A stretch of 64,000 bases of DNA from Octopus vulgaris (lineage: Eukaryota), in NCBI GenBank assembly GCA_951406725.2, contig OX597827.1, positions 82,832,001-82,896,000 on the forward strand, in the 5' to 3' direction. Position 1 is the first letter of the stretch; each line of letters begins with the position of its first letter. A model generated the notes under the pieces. That model saw only the letters and a list, made by a program, of their open reading frames with translations, had not been told where the DNA came from and made no database searches. The position numbers and the translations under genes were made by a program. Shown here piece after piece: positions 43,913 through 56,440 of the stretch.

Positions 43913-44392
43913 TACAGGTAATTCCTTTGCCCAAATGCATCATGACATGCCTATAGAAAGACAATTATCTCTCATGGCCATGTCAGCCATTGTCTTTGAT
44001 ACACTCCAACCTGAACTCACTCTCTGCTTACTCAACAGAAATATAGTTTTGCATGAGGTCCAGAAATCCCTTGTTAATTCAACAAGATGGGAGGGATTTC
44101 CAGAGAGATGCTAAACAAATCCTTACTGTCAAACCAAGTGTGAATCAGACATGAAAATCCTGTTCCATGATTCGGAGGATCACCACACAATTCTCTGAGC
44201 TGTTCCATGATACACAGGAACGTTATAACACAAATAATCTGTGCTAAGTTCTTCTAATCACTGACGGTTCCGTCAACTAAAGAGATCTCCTCCTCAGTCA
44301 GACCAGAGAAATTGAGGGGGGGGGGGAGGGGCGGAGAAAGAAGCTGAAAACTGGAAGACATTCACAGAGTTTTAACAATTGAGAACTACATT

Positions 44393-44444
<52 letters not shown>

Positions 44445-44699
44445 TATCTGTCTATTTATCTATCTATCTCACTTTCCCAAACTCATACTGAATTTGTCTT
44501 TTATATTTTATATTTACACACACACACACACACTCATTCACTCTTGCACAGATACACACACATTCTTTCTCATCCTCTCTCTTCTTTCTCTCTCTCCCTC
44601 TCTCCCTCTCTCTCTTTCTCTCTCTCACACACACACACACACACGCACATATACTCTTTCTTTCATGCAAACACATGCACACATACAAACACAAATACA

Positions 44700-44764
<65 letters not shown>

Positions 44765-44777
44765 CCAAGTATTTGAC

Positions 44778-44915
44778 TGTCCAGTCTTTCACCCCTTAAT
44801 CCCAGCTGTCCTTCTTCCAGCTTCAGTCCATCCATCAGTTTGTTTCTCTGTCCAGCCTTTCACCCCTTAATCCCAACTGTCCTCTTTCCATCCTTAAACC
44901 CATCCATCAATCTGT
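44778..44915. repeat. Two-copy ~70-bp tandem duplication
   Basis: ctgtccag(t/c)ctttcaccccttaatccca...ccatccatca occurs twice. Confidence 0.8.
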
Positions 44916-45459
44916 CTAGGTTTGTCCTTGGCTCACAAAAGCTAAGCTCTATGAAGTGACAATGTTAGAAGAAAAAAAACAACAACCAGATGAAGAGATG
45001 CAGCTCATGTTGACATAATTCCCTGCTGGACCTGCACGCTGCCTCATACAAGTAGTTCTCAATATATCTTATCACAATTTCCACATCCCTGTCTCCCCCC
45101 CCCCCCCCCAGGACAGAGGAACTTTGCATTTACTGTAAAATATTTGGCTAGAAAGTATGTTCCGTGATTTATCTGATATAAAACTGTCCTGAGTTCAAAT
45201 CTCACCAGGATGCATACAAGTACCAACATCATCCTCTGATGGCTTCCTTATGAATCAGACTCCACACATAACATTAAATGACTGTGATGTCACTCAAGTC
45301 AAAATATACAAAGGATGTTTAATGTGTGCAGCTGACAGAGATGCATTGAAATAAAGATTTTGTAAAGTAATGAGAAAATAACACTTGGTTTGTAAAGTAC
45401 AGTGTTGATAACATCACAGACTGAAATGCTACAGGTAAGGAGAGTACCTCCAGTATGCT

Positions 45460-46140
45460 ACAGGTAAAACTGTAGTCTGTGCCGTGTGGTACTTGCAGCA
45501 CTGTGCTCTACACTGTACTCTACTGAAACACCATTGTCTATACTTTACTGTACTCCACTAACAACACTATAGTTTGGTAATGTACTCTAAAGACAACCTT
45601 ATAGTCTGTATTGTACTCTAGAATATATGTTGAATAGAACACTATAAACAACTATTTATTTTACAGACAACACTCTCATCAATACTGTATTGTGGTGACT
45701 ACTATTACACAGCCTATACTGTATTAACAATACTGTAAGCAGAAGTATATTGACTAATCTGTTATTTTCCAGTGTGCTACTAACAACACTAGCTTGTACT
45801 CCACTGTACTCACAGCAATATGGTCCATGATGTACTCTAGTGACACAATTTACACTACATTGTACTTACACCACAACAATATAATCGATACTGAACTCAA
45901 CTACAACACTGCAGTCTCCTTTATATTGTACTAACAATACTACCACCTATACTATATACATCTAACGACAGTCTATTCTATAGTATAGTGTACTGGCAAC
46001 AATTTGGTCAATGCTACACTCCACTGACCACAGTGTAACCAAAACTATGCTGACCATAACAGCCTAAACTCGACTTACAAAATTCTAGTTTGTTCTGTTC
46101 TGCTCACTAATGGCTCTACTGTATTGACATGTAACCATAC
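45460..46140. repeat. Degenerate ~30-bp minisatellite
   Basis: Recurring ctgtactc(t/c)act..caacactatagt variants. Confidence 0.55.
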
Positions 46141-46166
46141 CACCGTAGTAGATGGTCTGTGTGCAC

Positions 46167-46438
46167 CAGTGGCTCTCAATCAGGGTCCATATAAGATTTT
46201 CAGGGGTCTATCCAAATAAAATATTAAATAGGAAATCTGCAGAAATATTTTAAGGGTCCACAAAAAAAAAAAAAATTTACTTTATTTTATATTTATTAGA
46301 AGGTTTCTTTTTTTTTTTTTATGTTTTACATAGTTTGATGAGTTTCTGGCCAGAGAGCAGTTGTTTTAAGCCTACACAAGTGAGTGTGTGAAAAACGAAA
46401 AGGTCCATAGATAAAAAAAAAATGGTTGAGAACCACTG
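46167..46438. mobile_element. hAT (Charlie-like) MITE
   Basis: TIRs CAGTGGCTCTCAATC / GGTTGAGAACCACTG; TSD decayed. Confidence 0.7.
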
Positions 46439-46734
46439 GTTTATATTGTCATGTAATTACAACACTGAACACTGGAGTTTATCTTTCCAGTCTTGTATTC
46501 TGTTTATGCCGTTCTGCAATGGCAGCATTAGAGTGTTCTGTCTGCATTGCAAAGGTTAAACAAGAATTTGATTGACATCAATCTCACCAGACCAATGTGT
46601 GGCAGGTAAACACCTGAGACATTTTCCCAGACCCAGCAAGAAACAAAAGAAATAAAACATTAAACCATTTTAGAAAATTACTTTTTGTAAATCTCACAAA
46701 CAAGAGATATTCAGCAACAGTAATTTCAGAGTAA

Positions 46735-46934
46735 AGATTCTTTGCCAACATAACATGGGGCAGTCCTGGTTTAAGACGAAAGTTGATGTAATTTAGTCCC
46801 AGGAGACATCATCTCCAGCTGGCTATACGACAACGATCTGTCCTTATATTTTCAAACAAGGGAATCCTGGGGCTAAAATACAGCAACATTCATCCTAAAC
46901 CAGGACTGCCCCATGTTATGTTGGCAAACAATCT
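46735..46934. mobile_element. 200-bp MITE with ~70-bp TIRs (Kolobok-like ends)
   Basis: (GTAA)AGATTCTTTGCCAACATAACATGGGGCAGTCCTGGTTTA... / ...TAAACCAGGACTGCCCCATGTTATGTTGGCAAACAATCT(TTAA). Confidence 0.8.
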
Positions 46935-47673
46935 TTAACCCATTGAACCATTTTATTTGAATTTTTTTGAAATAGAAATTATAGTTTTATGCAGGCTTAA
47001 TATTACCAACATGTGACCAAGAACATTATCTTTCTATGGTGTAGAACCAACACAGATCTTCCCCAAACGACAATTTTCACTTATCTAAGACAGCTTCCCA
47101 CCCACCTCATGTACATGTATACATTTATACACACATCATCATCATCATCATCGTCATCGTTTAATGTCCATCTTGTGCAACCTCTCCATCCCTTTTCCAA
47201 CTCTTACAATATGCCCTTGATTTTTTTTAAACCTTATTGACAACATCCCACTTCTTCCATCCCACCAAACACATCCACTTGACATCCTTTAACAAATACT
47301 CTTTTTGCAGACACCAAACTCCTTTCTACCTTCAAAGCCTTCATTTTTCAGCATTGCTATTCCTCCACATATATTGCTCGTATATATATATTTCCCCTCA
47401 AAAACAAATCTAAAACAGTTGACAAACTGTATTTACTTACATTATACTGGCTGTTGCTGCTGATGCTGCTGCTGTAATGTTTGTGATGGTAGTTCAGGAG
47501 CAGGGACTTTGAGGAATCCACTGGCTCTGCCATGCTTTCTCAGATTTCCAAATTCAAAAAGCAGACAAGCACTCTCTAGTCTAGGATGGCAGAAATATAC
47601 AAATTAAATGAATAAATATTTAAATTAAATAAAAGTAAAACTCACAAAATGTATTTTCTTTTTGTCTAAACAG

Positions 47674-47832
47674 TATAGTCAGCCAGTAAGAGTGACATCC
47701 TACGGTGAACATGAAGAACAAAACGTTGTTCTTGCACCCAGTTTTCTCAACGATTCCTTACTGACAGATATGGACAGCAGATGTGACTGGACAGAACGTA
47801 ACTTGGGCCTCTATGAGGAAATACCAAGATAA
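47674..47832 (+). CDS. Protocadherin second coding exon (distal cytoplasmic tail, 52 aa + stop); exon extends to 47844
   Basis: Acceptor ttttctttttgtctaaacag|T at 47673/47674. Open in phase 0, matching the upstream donor: YSQPVRVTSYGEHEEQNVVLAPSFLNDSLLTDMDSRCDWTERNLGLYEEIPR*. Donor AAG|GTTAGT at 47844/47845. Confidence 0.75.
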   Translation, partial: YSQPVRVTSYGEHEEQNVVLAPSFLNDSLLTDMDSRCDWTERNLGLYEEIPR

Positions 47833-48218
47833 TTTCAGAACAAGGTTAGTCCTATTGTTTACAAATCTCTTGCTCCAATTCCAAGATTCCCCAGTTTTCT
47901 TTCAATGATCTGGGTTTGTCCATCTTTTCGTCACTTCTCTGTGAAGTTGTTGCTTATCACAAAAGTGAAATCCTAAAAATGTGACAAGAGAAGCATGTTT
48001 CAACTCTGTTGGGGTTGTGTTCGATCATCTCCAGGGACTAAATACAGGCAATAACAGTGCAATAACACCAATAGGTTTTTAAAGCCATATGTGCAATATG
48101 ATTTCTAAAGGATATTGACAAATAAATGCACAGCAATATAATGCAACATAATACATAGTGCACCACATGACCAAGCAGCTGTATGTCAGACAGATACATA
48201 CTTGAGTGTATACAGGTG

Positions 48219-48253
<35 letters not shown>

Positions 48254-48271
48254 AGATCTTAGATATTTTTC

Positions 48272-48332
48272 GATAACTGAAGAGATGCCAGCGTGGGTTT
48301 CCACCCCAACATCCGAAACTCAGAGTTTTATC
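48272..48332 (+). ncRNA. Hammerhead-like motif (family A, solo copy)
   Basis: GAUAA-CUGAAGA-GAUG...CAUC(C)-GAAA-CUCAGAG-UU-UUAUC. Homology to 2226-2326 continues to tttacaga followed by (TA)n. Confidence 0.65.
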
Positions 48333-48367
48333 ATGGCTACCAAATAATTGTCACATATCATATTTAC

Positions 48368-48412
<45 letters not shown>

Positions 48413-48770
48413 CATACATACACACATATTCATACATACAGACATATATTTATATACGCGCGGGCATGGCTGTGTGGTTAGGGAGCTTGCTTCCTAACTA
48501 CATGGTTTTGGGTTCAGTCCCACTGCCTGGCACTTTGGGCAGGTGTCTTCTGCTATAGCCCTGGGCCGACCGGAGCTTTGTGATTGAATTCGGTAGGCAG
48601 AAGTTACTGCCGTATGTGTGTGTGTGTGTGCGTGTAGGTGCTCAGTGCCTCTCCGAAAGAGAGAGAGGGATATATACATACACACACACATACACATTTA
48701 AATAGTTTGGCATTTGTTGATTTTCAAAAGTGTACGTTATGATTGGCTTTGCGTTCTGTTCTAAAACTCA

Positions 48771-49069
48771 TTAGTAGCCCATGCTCTTAACCACTACACT
48801 CTGAACCATAACTAACCCCAAGATTCCGAGTTCAATTCCAAGCAGTGACCTGAATAATAATATAATAATGATAATAATTATAATAATAATAACATTGAAA
48901 AATACCTCAAGAGTGAGATCCCAGGTTTGAAATTTCCCAAGACACCTGATGAAGGCTGGAGGGTATCTCAGCCGAAATGTTATGTTAACAACAAACAAGA
49001 TGTAATATCTGTCAAATGTAAATGACGTAAATAATGTACATAATTCCTCATCCCTTAAATATAGAACTG
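48771..49069 (+). mobile_element. tRNA-headed SINE-like element containing an HHR motif
   Basis: B-box-like GAGTTCAATTCC at 48828-48839; A-box half present inverted at 48771-48797; (TAA)n spacer; HHR at 48941-48986. Confidence 0.5.
48941..48986 (+). ncRNA. Minimal hammerhead-like motif within a tRNA-headed element
   Basis: GACAC-CUGAUGA-A-GGCUG-(10 nt)-CAGCC-GAAA-UG-UU-AUGUU; same architecture as 7257-7291, with one helix I mismatch. Confidence 0.55.
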
Positions 49070-49686
49070 GATTCTCTAATTTCTTGTTTATGCATATTTA
49101 CACGACTGGTCAGTTTCCTTCCTGTCTCCCCCAATGCAGTTTTCATTCTACTGTGGGCATGTGATGCAGCAGATGAGGTTTTTTGACTTGCAATTCATGT
49201 TTATATATCTGTGTGTGTGTGTGTGTGTGATGGATTTGGTATAACCTTACATTGGTTGTCATAGAAAGCAACATATAACATGTCCTTCGTTGGACAGGCG
49301 TTCAAAGAGCCACATCTTGTTTTTTAATACCTTCTCAATAAGTTTAGTTGCCAGTTAACAAGGCAACGATTGCAATAATAAAATGGAGTGTATTACAGAA
49401 TGAACCTGACATAACCCTCACCCCACCCCCACCCACCACCACCACCAACCACTGACAGACCAAGTACAGGGGGTGGGGCTTCAAAGTAAATAATATTTCT
49501 TGAAAGGTTTTCTTATTTGCTCAAATCATAAACTTTGTAATTATTGCCAAGAAATCAAAATAAAACTCGTGACAGTTTATACCAAAACTTTGTAGTTTCC
49601 CTCAAGGTTAGAAAAAAGATAAAAAAACATCAGTTTTAGATATGAACACTTTCTAGGAAAGTATCTTTTCCTATTTTATTCTTTCT

Positions 49687-49745
<59 letters not shown>

Positions 49746-51667
49746 TCCTCACTTTCTTTTTTATATCGGTATGTTGTTGTTTTTTAGTTTGCTTTGTTAG
49801 TTTTGTGAATGATGTATTAGGAAATTACATGCCATTGTCATTATCAGTCTGGAAACATAACAGTGTATTAAAATAGAAGAGAGAGAAGGAGGGAGAAAGT
49901 GGGGAGAGGGAGAATGGAAGAGAGAAAGAGAGGAAGAGAGAGAGAGAATGGGAAAGAGGGAGAAGGGAGAAAGGAGAGAGAGAGAGATTGTATGATTGAG
50001 TGAAAGAGAAAAACAGGGAGAATTGAGGTGAACTGTGAGAGAATGAGGGAGAAGATGAGGTGGGATGTAAACGATTATTTGGCTCTTTGTTTGGTTTAGT
50101 TTCAACACAAAATGCCTGGTTGTGTGACCAGTGGGTTCAGCCTCTACAGTAAACCCATCTAACCAAGCCCCGTCAGTAATCCATCCTCTGTCAGCAGCTC
50201 TGTCTTGTGTCTGTGGTGGACTGAAACACTTAACCCTCAACAGCAACTCACTCACCTTACCTGTAAACAGATGCCATTCAGTTGTATGATTCAGGTTCTA
50301 ACCTGTAGCAACACAGCACAAGTAAAAGTCGTTTTGTTTGATTGGAAGGATTGGGTAAGACTTTAAACTGCATTAGGTAATGGGGCCTTCGTTTGGGAGT
50401 TCCTGGGTTTTGAGGAGTGTGAGACCATCTGTAAGTCATTATTGTTCCCAGGTCTACTCTGACCCAGAGTTGTAGCACCTGTCCGGGTCCCTGTTAAGGG
50501 ATCACCCACTTCAAATCCGGGCTATGGTATCCCTGCTACCCGGAGTTCTTGTTCTCCCAGGGGGACATTCATCAAATTTAGCAGCTGCATTTTGGGGCCA
50601 CAGACAGAAGCATTACTTTACCTATGGAAATCTTAGGGCTGAATGTTATATGTGGTCAACATTCATAAGGGACATGATGGAACACGTTGGTGGGAGCCAG
50701 CACCACCAACCCCAGGTGAATGTCACCACAAGGACAAGTAGTTGCAATAATGCACAGTTCAACATTTCCTGTTGTAGAATGACAGTCTGTCAAGGACTGA
50801 ATTTGTCTCTCTTGAATATTTCATAGCAAAAGATGGGCTAAGGTACTGGATTAATGAACCTCTGAAGACTATTGACGAAATCAATGAATTATCCTTGAGA
50901 TTTAAATATTACACTCTTTTCTGTATTATATGATAATCATGACTATTGTGGTACCATAGTATAACAGACATAACTACCATGATACTACACTACAGGAAAC
51001 TTCTATGACAATATATTTTAATAGACTCAACTGCAAAGGTACTATAATATTATAATTATATCTACTACAATACAATAATATGAGAATCATGACTATTATA
51101 GTACTATATGATTAGTCATGGCTATTATAGTACTGTACAGTCAAGAGATGACATCTACAGTATCATATACTATCACATACAACTACTATGTATAAAAAAA
51201 CTAGATTATTAGAGACAGATTCTATAGTATTATTGAAATGGTGGTGGCGGTGGTGACTGGGGTGGAGTTGTGTGAAGAAGAGAAGGAAAGGCAAAAACAT
51301 AGATGAAGGGGAACCAAAGAGGGAGAGAGTGTGCAGGTGAATCTGGGGACAAAGTGAAGCCTGTCTTGGATTGCAGAAGCTACATGGCATAGTTAAAAAT
51401 GGTAGATGTATGAAAGAGCTAAGACATTGAATATTTCTGAAAGAGAAAGAGAGGGAGTGAGAAAGAGAAGGAGAGAGATGGTGAGAGAGAGAGAGAGAGA
51501 GAGAGCAAGAGGGAGAGAGGTGAGAGAGGAATAATAGAGAAATGGAGAGGCAGAGAGGTGGCGGTGGAGAAACCAGATTTGTCTAATGTCTTTCTGAAAG
51601 GACAAATGATAAGCATCCAACAGATTTATGTGAGCCCTGCCTGCAGGGACGAATGATAAGATGTTAT

Positions 51668-51705
<38 letters not shown>

Positions 51706-52691
51706 CAAAGGAGTTGTGGTCGGGAATGTTTAAATTCACTGAATTATTCTGGAAATTGTCTTATTTATTTAGAATTCTTACACTTGTGGAAGGTTCCGGT
51801 GACATTTTCTAAACGGCATCAATTGAAATAAAGAATCTCTTTGAGACAATTATATTTTTAGAGTTATGAAATGTGTGTCTTTCTACCTGATATCAGCCAA
51901 CATCGATGCTATGACAGCATTCAAAGTGCTTCTATTGTCTGCTGCAGTTTCATACTTGGCCACTGGTTAGCCGATGCTTTCACCTTCTTTCGTTTACATT
52001 CATTCAATTTTTGTCTCATTTCTTTGTCACTAATGTCCTCAGGTTCTTCTTTGACTGACTGACGTACTAGCAGCGAAAACCTGGTAGAAACACATTCATG
52101 TGTATGTTTGTGCATGTGTGCAAACATCTGTGCGTGTGTGTGCATGGGTTCTTAAATATTCATATATAAAGAAACATTAGTACACATATGAATGCGTCTT
52201 TTATGCTTTTATACTTTCCACACATACATTCACACATACACACGCAAACACTCACACCTCACACACACATATAATATAAATATGTGTGTGTGTGTATGAA
52301 TATAATTACATATATATATATGAGCGTGTATATATATATACACATCCTGCACACACACACTTCATTTTTTCCTTTCATTTTTTGATGTAAACATAGGTTA
52401 GGCAAATATTTTATTGAGGCAGTGTTTTACAGGTGGATACCCTTCCTGCCACTGACCTGCCTTTCAAGTAAGGGGTCACTTGTTTCACAGGGATTCAAAG
52501 GTGCAAAACTCATGGACAATTTGTTCACAGAAGAACTGACTACATCACCATTTGTAGAGAAGTACAAATATGACGAAACACACTAACATACACACGAACA
52601 CACACAAACACACTTAGACACACTCACACAAACAAGCACACATATGTATATATTACACATACACACACAAACATACATATATATATATATA

Positions 52692-53310
52692 TTATTGGTG
52701 AATTGAAGAAATGGAGCTGAACGAAGATTGAACAGAAATCGTTTTATTTCATTCTACACGTGTTTCGAAAGGCACAATTTACCAAAATCTGATTGAATAA
52801 TGAGACCATATTGTGTCTTTCTCTTCAGGAAGAAATAGGAAATCCGTTAGAAAAAACAAAAACAGAACAGAGGCGGAGCAAAACAAATCGAACTAAGCTC
52901 CTAAGAGCCCATGGCAAAACTGTTTATCAGTGTATGTTGAGAACCGGTGGCTGAAGAATTTAACGGGTCAGGCAGCGGTCAATCATGTGGGTGAGGGTGT
53001 GTAGATGTTCTTTGTGACCGAGAATAAAGTTCTGACTATTTAAGGAATATTGGATGTTTTATAAGGGGCGAGAAAAAATCTACTTAGAGACATGTGTGTG
53101 TATACTGTTCTATATATGTGTGTGCTTGCGTAGGTTGGCAAGACCTCCGTCAAGGGGTAGAAAACATTTTTTGTGTACGTGTGTGCGTTTGATCGCTCGG
53201 CTGTCAGTGGCTAAGCCGCTCTACACAATGGCTGCTGCAGTAAGAGCCGTTGGGTGGCAGAAAAAACTTTTGTTTAATCTGCTACAAGATTATTCATCTT
53301 TCTATTTCAC

Positions 53311-53312
<2 letters not shown>
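52692..53312 (-). mobile_element. ~620-bp (TA)n-flanked insertion with an HHR near its 3' end (Penelope pLTR/retrozyme-like)
   Basis: Unique, relatively CpG-containing block between two (TA)n tracts; HHR at 52746-52836 overlapping AATAAA. Confidence 0.5.
52746..52836 (-). ncRNA. Minimal type-I hammerhead ribozyme
   Basis: Minus strand: AUUUCUUC-CUGAAGA-GAAAGACACAAU...AUUGUGCCUUUC-GAAA-CACGUG-UA-GAAUGAAAU. Intact core, long helix II, helix III capped by ACGU, GUA site, helix I with one bulge. Confidence 0.8.
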
Positions 53313-53346
<34 letters not shown>

Positions 53347-53418
53347 AAAATGTGTTGCTGAAAATGCACTTAAATTTCAAAAACTCGTGAATGTTTAAAA
53401 TGCATTTATTTACACATG

Positions 53419-53460
53419 TACCAAACTAGTTTCAACAATATTTTTTGTTTTTCAATGGTA
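53419..53460 (-). ncRNA. Hammerhead-like motif with U3-A8 core in (TA)n-flanked element 53343-53605
   Basis: Minus strand: UACCA-UUGAAAA-ACAA...UUGU(U)-GAAA-CUAG-UU-UGGUA. Perfect 5-bp helix I, palindromic CUAG loop, AAUAAA downstream. Confidence 0.5.
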
Positions 53461-54018
53461 AAAGTGTAAAAACATCGTTATAAATTTCAATGTGGACAAA
53501 TCAAAATTAAATTAAAATATTTCAACGTTGATAAAATATCTTGTTCAAAACAGGTGTAAGTTTGAAATTAAAACTGTATATAAATTTGTTAGAATGTACA
53601 AGGTATATATATATATATATATCACAGAGCCTCACAAAACTGGACACCAATATTTAAGCTTTGTTCAAGCCTAATTTGGTTGCCCATGAAGAGATCCAAA
53701 CATGACCAAAGTAAGCAACCTCACCAAAAGTCCAAGCAAATACAAATGGTTTCCACTTTCCAAGAATGAAATATAACAAAACTAAAATATAAGAAATTCA
53801 CAATCAAGCATTACAGGTGAAGCCCCAGGAAGTTTTTGAAGGGAGAGCATGAGGTCCAGAGGGAATACAATTCCAGGAGAAAAGGGCATAATAACTTCAT
53901 TTAGAAGGGTGCACTTCTTTTCTTGAATGAGGCCCCAGGCCCCACTTTGGGTCCACCCCTGATATATGAGCATCTCGATTATCAGCTGCTTAAACAGATA
54001 TGTACTCCCACCCTGTCA

Positions 54019-54057
<39 letters not shown>

Positions 54058-54415
54058 ACGCATGCACACGTACTCACACATTCATACACAGCTCCAGAAA
54101 CTGAACCAAAATTTGAACACAAACAAATTGAGGTTTCCTGATTGATTTAAGTGAGTCATATCCTTTGGTACCTGCTGAATCTACCTGTAACAACGTCTCC
54201 ATGTTTGTATAGAGACCACATTGAAAACGGGGATGATGACACACACACTCTTATACATGTGTGCGTGTGCATGTATACATACACATGTATGTGTGTATGT
54301 GTGTGTGTATATATATATACGCACATATGTATATACATATATAACATGAATACAAATATATATACATACCCATCTACATACACACATGCATATACACATA
54401 ATATGTACATGTGTG

Positions 54416-54470
<55 letters not shown>

Positions 54471-55675
54471 ATTTCAAATTTGGACATACACTTTGTAGAA
54501 TGCTTTTTAAAGGCCGTAACTGTATTCAGCTGCCTAATGCCCTCAACAGCATGGATGTAAATGCCACTGGGTTTGCTTCAGGAATTCATTTATGTCTATA
54601 AAGTTTATAGAAGTATGAGAGAAGGAAAAAGGAATTCATGCCATTCTTTATTAACCATTTCAAGCGTTTTGAACCCGCATGCTCAGGTGTCTCACAGGTG
54701 AGATTCTGTACAAATAGTTGTTGTGCAACGAAGGTGCAGGTGTGTTTCGTCAGGTAACTTGTCAAAAGGTACCTGCCTTTTAATCTCTTTAAAGGAAGAT
54801 TAAAAAACGAGGTGTCCCACCCACAAGGCACCGGTGCACAATGGATCAAAACAATCTTAGTGAATAAGGAATCTTAAGAAAACCATTTTCTTTCTTTTAG
54901 ATACTTTATATTATTTGTGTATATAATTTCTAATACATCCTTACTGTCAATGATATGGTCATTCTATCCTAATATTGTACAGCCATGCGTGCATGTATGT
55001 GTGTGTGTCTGTGTGTGCGTGTGTGTGTGTGTGCGTGTGTGTGCGCATGGCTTGGATTACTGCCAGGACAGCCAGACCCAGACAAAATATACTTTGGATA
55101 CCAATACTATCCTTAATACACCACGAAGTCAGGAGGCTACTTCAACGTTCTACTGTTATTTGATGAATGGCAACATTAAAATGATCAGAGATGATTATTT
55201 CATTATACCCAGCTATCGTTAAGACAGCTATTTGGCTTTTCATATCAACATGGAGGGGATGGAATAATATGGGTGTTGAAAACTGAATACCTCTGCATGG
55301 ACTGAAGGAGCAAGTTATATTATTTTCGTTTTTATCGGGATTGAACTTGTCAGCACTGAACTGTGAAGTGAGAAATATTTAATTGGACAAATAAAGTCAT
55401 AGAAACTGACCAAGGACTGCACAAAAATACTGAGACAGATTTTGAACTCATATCCTTAAAGGTGGTCCAGTTCCATGGTCTCCATCTTTTGGTTCACCTC
55501 CCAAATTAAGTTGCAGTTTAATTCTAAAAGGGTCATCAAAACTAAATCCCTTTTGAAATATTTCATAAAATACACAAAGAACAATCAATCTGTTATTCAG
55601 TCAGTCGAAGGGGACAACACAGATGGTCTTACATGCAAAAGTTGAGAGATGTTTGACCAATGACTAAGTGCAACC

Positions 55676-55736
<61 letters not shown>

Positions 55737-55795
55737 CATCAATGTATCATATATCCAAAAAAGAAGCACATTGTTAATAATTAATATATATTTAT

Positions 55796-55826
<31 letters not shown>

Positions 55827-56036
55827 TACCTACAATATATATTCAAGAAGTCTAATCAATTTTCAATATATCTGTCTGTTAATAAATATTTGTGTGTGTG
55901 TGTGTTTGGGTATCCACACACTTTAATTTCTCAGTATTCACACATAAACTGATCCAGGGCAGATGTAAGTTATGTGCTCAACATGAAAACAAACTGATTT
56001 CTACATATTACTATTAAGTACATCAAATCACTCTAC

Positions 56037-56039
<3 letters not shown>

Positions 56040-56113
<74 letters not shown>

Positions 56114-56398
56114 TCTCTGTGTGTGTACACAATGTGAGTTGAAATGATTATGTCCAAACATTGATGCATAAATTGTTCTGCATGTATATGTGTACGTCCG
56201 TGTTTCTATATGTCTGTGGATGGCTGTGTGTGTGTGTGTGTGCATGTGTGTGTATGTGTGTGCATGTGTGTGCATGTGTGTGTGTGTGTGTGTGTGTATG
56301 TGTGTGTGCATGTGTGTGTGCGCTTGTGTGTATGTGTGTGTGTGTATGTGTGTGTGTGTGTGTGCTTGTGTGTGTGTGTGCTTGTGTGTATGTGAGTG

Positions 56399-56430
<32 letters not shown>

Positions 56431-56440
56431 CGTGCGTGTG
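56040..56440. repeat. (TG)n-rich microsatellite block
   Basis: Direct inspection; one of many (CA)n/(TA)n tracts in the window. Confidence 0.9.

Noticed and set aside
50250-50263. Strong minus-strand donor(s) CAG|GTAAG|GTGAGT suggesting an antisense exon
   Set aside because: No matching acceptor or promoter identified; an isolated motif is insufficient.
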